Below are positions 27,390-34,912 of a stretch of DNA of 55,089 nucleotides, one piece after another. Position 1 is the stretch's first letter. Each line of letters begins with the position of its first letter. The notes under the pieces are model-generated. The model worked only from the letters and a program-made list of their open reading frames with translations. It did no database searches and was not told the origin of the DNA. The DNA comes from Patescibacteria group bacterium UBA926 (GTDB lineage Bacteria; Patescibacteriota; Doudnabacteria; UBA920), in assembly GCA_002293685.1 (NCBI GenBank), contig DBDS01000004.1:100479-155567 (forward strand). Reading direction: 5' to 3'. The translations under genes were made by a program, and so were the position numbers.

Positions 27390-28285
27390 AACTCTCAGTA
27401 ATTATAGTGCCGTATAAATGTAAAGATGTGCTCGATGTAACTTTGGAAGCAGTCTATGCTTCGAAAGTTAATTTTGATTATGAAGTAATCATTTTGGATA
27501 ACGATTCAAATGACGGCACAGTCGAAATGGTTAACGAAAAATATTTGAGTAAGCCAGAAATTGCCGCACGAACAAAATTTATTGAGAATGGCGCTAACTT
27601 AGGTTTTCCGAAAGCCAATAACATCGGAATGAAACAGGCCAAGGGTGAATACATCTTATTACTAAACCCTGACACTAAAGTTGATTCAGATAATTTCCAA
27701 GTTATGATGGATTTTATGGAGTCACGACCTGATGTTGGAATCTCAACTTGTAAGTTGATGTTAGCAAGTGGGGGAATAGACCCAGCATCCCGTCGAAGCG
27801 AGCCTGATCCGAAAACTGCTTTTTATCGACTTAGCGGTTTGCAATATTTATTCCCAAAAAAATTTGGCACTTACAATGTGTTAAATAGTAATCTTGATGA
27901 AGAAAGCGAACTTGATGCGTGTGTCGGTGCGTATATGTTCATCAGTAGGGCTTGTTACGAAAAAACCGGCGGCTTCGACGAACGCTTTTATATGTACGGT
28001 GAAGATTTAGATTTATGTAAGCAAGCTCGTGAGCTTGGCTTTAAAGTATGGTATTACCCAAAAACAAGTTGTCTACATTTTAAGGGGCAATCTTCAAAAC
28101 GCGCACCGCAGTTGGCGCTATATGCTTTTCATGATGCAATGTGGATTTATTACGACAAGCATTACCGAAAGCAATACAATTTTCTGATGGATAGTTTTGT
28201 TTATGCAGGTGTTTGGGGAAGATATTACTGGAAGAGTTTCCGAAATTTACTTCGCCCAAAATCGGAAAAGTTTGTGAGCAAATAA
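27386..28285 (+). CDS. GT2 family glycosyltransferase
   Basis: It contains LSVIIVPYKC, ILDNDSNDGT, NLGFPKANNIG and YGEDLDLC motifs. It is translationally coupled to the upstream gene by an ATGA overlap. Confidence 0.8.
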   Translation: MKLSVIIVPYKCKDVLDVTLEAVYASKVNFDYEVIILDNDSNDGTVEMVNEKYLSKPEIAARTKFIENGANLGFPKANNIGMKQAKGEYILLLNPDTKVDSDNFQVMMDFMESRPDVGISTCKLMLASGGIDPASRRSEPDPKTAFYRLSGLQYLFPKKFGTYNVLNSNLDEESELDACVGAYMFISRACYEKTGGFDERFYMYGEDLDLCKQARELGFKVWYYPKTSCLHFKGQSSKRAPQLALYAFHDAMWIYYDKHYRKQYNFLMDSFVYAGVWGRYYWKSFRNLLRPKSEKFVSK

Positions 28286-28373
28286 TTTATTTCTCATTTC
28301 GTTTTACGCTTGGGGTTGACTATGTGCTATAATTGTTGTAGAATAATATTTAATTTCTCTAAATTTTCATAAG

Positions 28374-29852
28374 ATGCCAGACGATAAGAAAAATTTGCAT
28401 GCTACTGATGGGGTTGCTGATTTACTTAATATGGGCAAAACCGAAGGTTATAAATCTGAAGATTCAGTGGCAGCTGAGGCTAGTTCAGAACGCGATACCG
28501 GTGGTTCAGCTATTAACTACGCCGAAAAATCTGTCACTGCTCCATCTAATCTTCCTATAGCGGAATCTTCTATTTCAGAATTACCGAAAGAGTTACAGCC
28601 AGTTGAACCAGTTGAAATCAAACCGGAAGGTGAAATTTCTGCTAAAGATTTTGAGACGGCCAGTTTAAAATCAATGCCCGACTTAAGTCAGCCAGCTACT
28701 CGCACTTTTGGCGGGGTTATAAAGTCCATCCTCCCTTACATTGCAATATTTGGTATCGGGATTGGTTTGTACTTTTTCTATTTCAGTGACTTCTCCTTCA
28801 ATAATTTATTTTCAGATAATCTGCGACTTGAATCATTAACTGCAGATGACCGCGATAAAAATGTTGCGCAAATTAAAGAGGATGTTCGAGCTGATTATAA
28901 TGTTTGGATTTCGCAATTCTTCGTTGGTGTGAACGATGAGTCCATTATCAGCATGGACACCGATGTTTCTGGAAACGGTTTAACTAACCTAGAAAAATAT
29001 TTGTTAAATTTGAACCCAAAAGTTTATTCGACACAAGGTGGTCAAAGCGATGGTCAGATGGTTATTTCGGATATCAACCCTTGGACAGGAAAACCTTTCA
29101 CTGAGAAGCAAAAAGAATTGGTTGATAAATATATTTACAAAGAACTAATTAGTAACCGAATTACTGCAGCAGCGATTACTCGCGGCGTTACTAAGTTCGC
29201 TCAGTACGTCACCGAAGACTCTCCTTACTACATAGATCCGCAGACTTTGGCTCAAGTTGGCGGCAATGGAAATGTTGTCGTAAACCCACCGCAAATTCCA
29301 ATGGGCGGGAACTCTCCAGGTAATAGCGGGTTGGAGCAAGTCACTCCGCCGCCTGCGCAAACTCCAAGCACACCAACCACGCTTCGACCAGAGCAGGGGA
29401 TTGATACTTCGAAACCAGGGCTTTTAGAAATTCCGGCTAACCGAATTTCGGTACCAATTATTTGGACAAAGGAAGTAAAAGATTTCGATGAAGATTTAAA
29501 GCGGGGAATTGTTCACTATCCAGGAACTGCTATGCCAGGTGAAGTTGGGCTATCATATATTTCTGGTCACTCGAGCGGTTACGTGTGGGACCGCAGTCCA
29601 TACAAAGAAGTTTTTGCAATTCTTGGACAGGTTACTGATGGAACTTCTTTCACTATCACAGCGACGCAGAACAACGGACAAACTGTAAGGTTCAACTATG
29701 TGGTGATTGGTAGGGCGGAATATGCAGCAAATGATCAGGCTCAGTTCGTTAGTACGGCCGAATCGCAGGTGGCATTGTCTACTTGTTGGCCTGTTGGAAC
29801 GGTTGATCGTCGTCTGGTTCTATACGCACAACTTACCCAAACTGAAAGATAA
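28374..29852 (+). CDS. membrane-anchored sortase-domain protein with a long N-terminal extension
   Basis: The C-terminal domain has YISGHSS (His), ALSTCWP (TLxTC-type Cys) and RRLVLYA (Arg). The N-terminal part has a disordered region, one TM helix and a TSP3-like DTDVSGNGLTNLEKYLLNLNP motif. Confidence 0.7.
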   Translation: MPDDKKNLHATDGVADLLNMGKTEGYKSEDSVAAEASSERDTGGSAINYAEKSVTAPSNLPIAESSISELPKELQPVEPVEIKPEGEISAKDFETASLKSMPDLSQPATRTFGGVIKSILPYIAIFGIGIGLYFFYFSDFSFNNLFSDNLRLESLTADDRDKNVAQIKEDVRADYNVWISQFFVGVNDESIISMDTDVSGNGLTNLEKYLLNLNPKVYSTQGGQSDGQMVISDINPWTGKPFTEKQKELVDKYIYKELISNRITAAAITRGVTKFAQYVTEDSPYYIDPQTLAQVGGNGNVVVNPPQIPMGGNSPGNSGLEQVTPPPAQTPSTPTTLRPEQGIDTSKPGLLEIPANRISVPIIWTKEVKDFDEDLKRGIVHYPGTAMPGEVGLSYISGHSSGYVWDRSPYKEVFAILGQVTDGTSFTITATQNNGQTVRFNYVVIGRAEYAANDQAQFVSTAESQVALSTCWPVGTVDRRLVLYAQLTQTER

Positions 29853-29963
29853 TCATATTCAAAATAGAAATAAATCCTGGAAGCGAAGCTATCCGGGATC
29901 TAGACCCCGGCTCTTCGGCTGGGGTTTCGTTTATATAAGCCAAATTTTCATTATTAGGTATAC

Positions 29964-29992
29964 TTGACAAAACCCCCTAAATATGATAGTAT
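29964..29992 (+). promoter_or_regulatory. sigma-70-type promoter TTGACA-17-TAGTAT (with TG at -15/-14) driving the GC-rich cassette
   Basis: The -35 is exact at 29964-29969 and TAGTAT is at 29987-29992. Confidence 0.6.
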
Positions 29993-30040
29993 ATGCAGTC
30001 ATACTAAAACAGTATGAATTCAATGGTAGATTGAACCTAA

Positions 30041-30097
30041 TTTAACAAAAGTCATTCTGAGTTTAACAAAAGTCATTCTGAGCGTTAGCGAAGAATC
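30041..30097 (+). repeat. hairpin element with a tandemly duplicated head (TTTAACAAAAGTCATTCTGAG x2, then CGTTAGCGAAGAATC)
   Basis: This was read directly. Confidence 0.85.
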
Positions 30098-30256
30098 TAG
30101 TGACAGACATATTTTTGCTCTTTTCCCCTGGTATTTAACTACAGTCAGGCCGGAAACGAGCAGAAACATGTCTGGCACCGCGCCAACAGTAGCCACGGCT
30201 GCCGTTCCACGGTATAGTCAAGACAAAGTTCTTTAAAAAATATCTTGGAGGATATC

Positions 30257-30940
30257 ATGAAAAAAGTTATTGTTTTAGCATTCGCACTCGTACTGGCCAG
30301 TTCAGCTTCAGCTCAGCAGCCTGCTGAGCGTCTAGCTGTTGTAGTATCTGGGTTCCAAAATGGACCCCAGGCGCTACAGATGATTGTAGATTACGCCCGG
30401 AATAAGGGCGGTGATCAATTTCAGATCGTTTCGCGTACAGACAACCCGGATTCCATTTTGGAAGTTCGGGCCTCGGTAACTATGACCAAATCTTGGTCAG
30501 AAGTTAACCGACGAGCGGTTACGCGTAACAGCGTTATGCGTGCTGGCAATCAAATCAGTCGAGATTTGATTTACTCTTTACCGGGTAATAATCGAATTGC
30601 TCGGACATTGAAAAACGCTGGTCAGAATGTCGCGCGCGGTCAATTTCAATCTCAAACTCGCCAAGAGTGGGAGCACTTCCAGAAATGGAGGGCTACCGTT
30701 GAGATTCGGATGATCGATACGAAGACACGAAAAGTGTATTCGTATGGGATTGGTCAAAAAAATGTCACCGTCCGAAATTATCGTGGCGGTGGCGAACCAC
30801 AAGTCATCCTGATCGAGGGTGATCTTAACAACGTGGATTTTGGTCAAGGCGCAAACCTTGACGGAAATCTTAGGCAAATCTTAGCCCTGTCGGCGTTCTT
30901 GGATGCCGACGCGGTTCAGAACCAGATCGTTCGTCAGTAG
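30257..30940 (+). CDS. secreted hypothetical protein (GC-rich cassette, gene 1)
   Basis: GGAGGA at 30247-30252 lies 4 nt from the ATG at 30257. It has the signal peptide MKKVIVLAFALVLASSASAQQ. The line-by-line G+C is about 50%. Confidence 0.6.
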   Translation: MKKVIVLAFALVLASSASAQQPAERLAVVVSGFQNGPQALQMIVDYARNKGGDQFQIVSRTDNPDSILEVRASVTMTKSWSEVNRRAVTRNSVMRAGNQISRDLIYSLPGNNRIARTLKNAGQNVARGQFQSQTRQEWEHFQKWRATVEIRMIDTKTRKVYSYGIGQKNVTVRNYRGGGEPQVILIEGDLNNVDFGQGANLDGNLRQILALSAFLDADAVQNQIVRQ

Positions 30941-30951
30941 GAGGTGAAACG

Positions 30952-31968
30952 ATGAAAAGATTTAGCGCCCTTGTTTTGTTACTGGCGATCGTCATTACGT
31001 CATTGCCAGTAGTTTCTTCCGCGCAAACGCGGAATCGGAATCGACCTGATCCTCGCGGGTTAGACCGTTACACACTTACGGGTGAAACCGCGTCGTTGTC
31101 GATTTTTTCGCTTCCGGCATGGAATGGAGATCCTGAGTTTTTCGATGGATGGGGTCGTAAGACCGCTTCCGAATTAGGACTTGCCGGTGCCGAATTCTGG
31201 AATGAATTCGGCCGGACGGCGCGAAAAGGGATTTTGCATCCCGATGCAGTCATTCGGTTTCCGAATGGATTTCAGTGGGACGAGGCATACCTAGAGGGCT
31301 GCCTCAAAAATGGCAGGGTTTATTTCAATCGGATTAAGATTGTGAAGAAGCCTACTGCCCCGGTTCCACCAGTTATAAAGGAGCTCTGCGTTAATATTCC
31401 TTTAGCGATTACAGATGTTCCTTCGGACTGGACAATCACGACTCTGCCAGACGGTAGGAAGTCGTGTCACTATCCTGTTCCTGAACCTGTTCAGCTACCG
31501 GCTCCGCCACCAATCGTGGATACGAAATATGTGTGTGAGCCAGGGACGTTGGACCCGACCCCTCTTTATGAGACGTCGAACGGCAAGCTTGGAAAAGCTT
31601 TTAGGGTAAGCGAGGTTATCTCGCATCTACCCCAAGCTATCCAGGTTCAGGTAAATGGACGCATTCCTGAAAAGGTCAATGCGCTTATCATTTATCGGGA
31701 GGCTTGCCCAGCGGATGAGAACAACATCCTCATCAAAGTTCACTACTTTACTAAAGCCGGCGGATGGTCGTGGGTTTCGTTTTTCGTCGGTGTAGGTGTT
31801 GGTTTCGTACTCGGTTACATTGTCAGGGGAAGCCCTGACAGACCGGTATTTAATCCGACAAATCCCACCCCTGCAAAGAGTGGAAGTTCTACTCGCCCCA
31901 CAGGCGCAGGGACAGGAAGCGGTTCGACAGCAGGCGGCACAATAGTGACTCGCCCTCGTCGGCCATAA
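30952..31968 (+). CDS. secreted / C-terminally anchored hypothetical protein (GC-rich cassette, gene 2)
   Basis: GGAGGTG lies 5 nt upstream. It has a signal peptide (MKRFSALVLLLAIVITSLPVVSSAQ), a C-terminal TM helix (WSWVSFFVGVGVGFVLGYIV) and a P/G/T/S-rich basic tail. Confidence 0.6.
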   Translation: MKRFSALVLLLAIVITSLPVVSSAQTRNRNRPDPRGLDRYTLTGETASLSIFSLPAWNGDPEFFDGWGRKTASELGLAGAEFWNEFGRTARKGILHPDAVIRFPNGFQWDEAYLEGCLKNGRVYFNRIKIVKKPTAPVPPVIKELCVNIPLAITDVPSDWTITTLPDGRKSCHYPVPEPVQLPAPPPIVDTKYVCEPGTLDPTPLYETSNGKLGKAFRVSEVISHLPQAIQVQVNGRIPEKVNALIIYREACPADENNILIKVHYFTKAGGWSWVSFFVGVGVGFVLGYIVRGSPDRPVFNPTNPTPAKSGSSTRPTGAGTGSGSTAGGTIVTRPRRP

Positions 31969-31985
31969 CAATAACTTTTAGGACT

Positions 31986-32020
31986 ACGCGGTTTCAGATT
32001 TCTGACACCGCGTTTTTATT
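31986..32020 (+). terminator. terminator after the GC-rich cassette
   Basis: The ACGCGGT/ACCGCGT stem is followed by a T5 tract. Confidence 0.7.
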
Positions 32021-32073
32021 TATCCAATTATCACACTTTATTATGATATAATGAAGAAAATTAACGAAATTCC

Positions 32074-32799
32074 ATGAAAAAGCTATCAGTTGTGATTCCG
32101 GCGTATAACGAAGAAAAGCGTATCGCCGAAACTCTAAAAAACCTTGATGGTTACCTAGAGAAACAAAATTATGAGTACGAAATAGTTGTAGTTGTTAATA
32201 ACACCAAAGATCGCACATACGAAATCGTTCAGGAGTTAGAAAAAACCACTGTTCAAAATGCAAAAGCGATGAACTTAAAAGAAGGTGGTAAGGGTAACGC
32301 CGTGAAGCGTGGAATTTTAGAATCTGCTTCAGGTGATATTATCATGTTTATGGACGCAGATAACGCCACTCCAATTTCTGAAATCGAAAAGTTTTTACCT
32401 TTCTTCGATCAAGGTTACGATGTTGTAATCGGCTCTCGTTACACCAATCCAGATTTAGTTAAAGTGAAACAACCATTTTATAGAATTTTGTTGTCTCGCT
32501 TGAGTAATATGTTAATTCAGGTAATGGCTGTTCCGGGAATCAAAGACACACAACTTGGATTTAAAGCGTTTACAAATACGGCAGCGAAAGATATTTTTCC
32601 TTTAGTTACGGTTTTACGCTGGGGATTCGATATGGAAGTACTAACCATTGCTTTAAAGCGCGGGTACAAAATAAAAGAAGTCGGCGTTTCTTGGACCGAA
32701 CACGGTGGCGGTCACGTTCCAATGATTGCTTACGTCGAATCACTTATAGATTTGTTCAAAATTAAATTGCGTTCTCTTTCGGGAAAATACAATAAATAG
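32074..32799 (+). CDS. GT2 polyprenyl-phosphate glycosyltransferase (GtrB/DPM1/ArnC-like, soluble form)
   Basis: It contains LSVVIPAYNEEKRI, MDADNATP and GSRY motifs and is 241 aa. Confidence 0.75.
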   Translation: MKKLSVVIPAYNEEKRIAETLKNLDGYLEKQNYEYEIVVVVNNTKDRTYEIVQELEKTTVQNAKAMNLKEGGKGNAVKRGILESASGDIIMFMDADNATPISEIEKFLPFFDQGYDVVIGSRYTNPDLVKVKQPFYRILLSRLSNMLIQVMAVPGIKDTQLGFKAFTNTAAKDIFPLVTVLRWGFDMEVLTIALKRGYKIKEVGVSWTEHGGGHVPMIAYVESLIDLFKIKLRSLSGKYNK

Positions 32800-32815
32800 A
32801 TTCCCTGAAACCCCT

Positions 32816-32890
32816 GTCATCCTGAGGTCGGAGACCGAAGGATCTCATGAGGGATTCTTCGTCCCGCCGTTGGCGAGACTCAGAATGACA
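32816..32890. repeat. convergent pair of hairpin elements, same architecture as 243-341
   Basis: The plus copy GTCATCCTGAGGTCGGAGACCGAAGGATCTC is at 32816-32846. The minus copy GTCATTCTGAGTCTCGCCAACGGCGGGACGAAGAATCCCTC is at 32850-32890. Confidence 0.85.
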
Positions 32891-32912
32891 AGAATAATAC
32901 TTGTACTAACCG

Positions 32913-34763
32913 ATGTTTAAAAATTATTTCAAACTAATACCATTTTTGATACTGCCGCTTATCACGGCAGTTTTGGTCTTCTCTGCTGAACCTGCGATTG
33001 CGCAAACTAATGAAAGTAAATCTTACATTGTTCAGTTAAATACTTCAGATGCAGGACTTCTTAATAGTATTGGTGAAAACATTCAACTAGAATTCAATTT
33101 CGCTCTAAACCAAAAGTTTGAAAACATTTTTACATTTCAATCCGAACTTTCATTATCCCAAATACAAACTTTTTTGGAAGGTGAGCTTAAATATATAGAA
33201 GAAGATAAAGAAGTTTCTGTTCGGCAGAATGCAATTACACGTTTACCAAATGATCCAGGTGTAACCACAAACGGAGCTAACATCGACAAGCAATGGGGTT
33301 TAGTTAAGGCTGGGTTCACTCGCGCATGGCGCACCACTACCGGAAGTGAAGATGTGGTCGTTGCAGTGATTGATACTGGTATTGATGCAACTCATGAAGA
33401 TTTTCGCAACACCAAATTTGTTGGCGGCTATGACGTCACTACCGATAGCCCTTTACGCTCTAAGGCAAATAGCGATGATAACGGTCATGGAACTTTGGTG
33501 GCCGGAGTTATTGCCGCAACTGGAAATAATGGCATAGGTATTGCTGGTGCAAGTTTTAACACCTCATTAATGGCTGTCAAAGCCCTCAACGCCCGAGGCA
33601 GTGGGACTAGCAGTCGAATTTCTCAAGCGATTGTTTGGGCAACAGATAATGGTGCGGATGTAATTAATTTATCACTGGGTGGAATTGGTTTTGCACACGA
33701 CACAACCTTAGCTAACGCAATCACTTACGCATTTGAAAGAAATGTAGTTATTGTTTCAGCAGCGGGAAATGATGTTGCAATCACTGGTGGCAATTTAGAT
33801 ATTGAGCCGGTATTCCCAATCTGTAACGATAATGGCTTAAATATGGTTATCGGTGTCACAGCAAGTGATGTTAATGATCTCAAACCAAGTTTTGCAAACT
33901 TTGGAAAATCTTGTGTTGATGTTACAGCACCAGGTCGTAGAATTTTGTCTACCATCAACCATGACCCAGCAACAGGAAGTTATTCACCCGATTCTTATGC
34001 CTATGCCTCAGGAACTTCACTGGCTACGCCGCATGTAAGCGCTCAGGCCGCATTATTAAAAGCGCTGTATCCTTTTGCATCCAATAGACAAATCCGCGAC
34101 AGAATTATTTCAACTGCGGACCAGATAGATCGCTTAAACTTAATTCAATGCACAGGTGGATCCTGTACTGGATTATTGGGTAGCGGTCGAATTAACGTCC
34201 CAGCTAGCTTAGAACAAAAAATTCCTCAACTTGGCGACGGTGATATTGTTCAGCTTATCAACACAACCGAAATTTATTTAATCAATGGTGGTAGACGCCA
34301 AAGAATTTCTCCGTTCGTTCGCAGTCAACGTTATTTTGATCGAACACCGAGTCTTGTTTACTTCTCCGAAATTCAAAATTTCCCAGAAGGCTCGTTCGCA
34401 CCACCACTTGATGGTACTTTAGTAAAATCTCAAGACAGCGCAACTGTGTTTTACATTTCTGGTGGTATTAGATTACCAATCACAGCTCCAGTTTTCGAAA
34501 TGCGCAATTTTAGCACAAGAGATATTGTCACACTTTCAAATTCAGAAGTAAATTCGTGGGTAGTAGGTAGTTTCTTAACCCCACCCGAGGGAGCTTTGGT
34601 GCGTACCCCCCAAAACCAAACTGTATATTGGGTTGTGAACGGAATGCTTCATCCAATAAACTTTGAGTTTTATAATCAAAGAGGATTGAATATCTTCCCA
34701 GTAATCTATATGCCAGAGCGAGATATTGATGGATTCCCTAAAGGCGAATCGTATGTTTTATAG
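32913..34763 (+). CDS. secreted subtilisin-like (S8) serine protease with three C-terminal ~58-aa repeats
   Basis: It has a signal peptide and the catalytic triad contexts VAVIDTGID, HGTLVAG and SGTSLATPHV. The C-terminal repeats are of the form DGTLVK..ATVFYISGG.R.PI. Confidence 0.85.
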   Translation: MFKNYFKLIPFLILPLITAVLVFSAEPAIAQTNESKSYIVQLNTSDAGLLNSIGENIQLEFNFALNQKFENIFTFQSELSLSQIQTFLEGELKYIEEDKEVSVRQNAITRLPNDPGVTTNGANIDKQWGLVKAGFTRAWRTTTGSEDVVVAVIDTGIDATHEDFRNTKFVGGYDVTTDSPLRSKANSDDNGHGTLVAGVIAATGNNGIGIAGASFNTSLMAVKALNARGSGTSSRISQAIVWATDNGADVINLSLGGIGFAHDTTLANAITYAFERNVVIVSAAGNDVAITGGNLDIEPVFPICNDNGLNMVIGVTASDVNDLKPSFANFGKSCVDVTAPGRRILSTINHDPATGSYSPDSYAYASGTSLATPHVSAQAALLKALYPFASNRQIRDRIISTADQIDRLNLIQCTGGSCTGLLGSGRINVPASLEQKIPQLGDGDIVQLINTTEIYLINGGRRQRISPFVRSQRYFDRTPSLVYFSEIQNFPEGSFAPPLDGTLVKSQDSATVFYISGGIRLPITAPVFEMRNFSTRDIVTLSNSEVNSWVVGSFLTPPEGALVRTPQNQTVYWVVNGMLHPINFEFYNQRGLNIFPVIYMPERDIDGFPKGESYVL

Positions 34764-34894
34764 TGACTTGTTTGTGTTTTATTACGTTGGTTAATTGAAC
34801 CCTAAATCAAGCAAGAAAAAATAAACTTTCGCATAGCTTGAAATAATATCGAAAATAACGCGTCTAAATATTTAGTCTTTTACAGAAATTAATG

Positions 34895-34903
34895 TGATAT
34901 AAT
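34895..34903 (+). promoter_or_regulatory. extended -10 (TGATATAAT) ending 9 nt before the ATG at 34913
   Basis: This was read directly. Confidence 0.5.
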
Positions 34904-34912
34904 TTATAAACT

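Noticed and set aside
31627-31971. 114-aa minus-strand ORF rich in Cys/Arg/Ala.
   Set aside because: It is antisense to the GC-rich gene 30952-31968. Long spurious antisense frames are expected in high-GC sequence, and it has no RBS.
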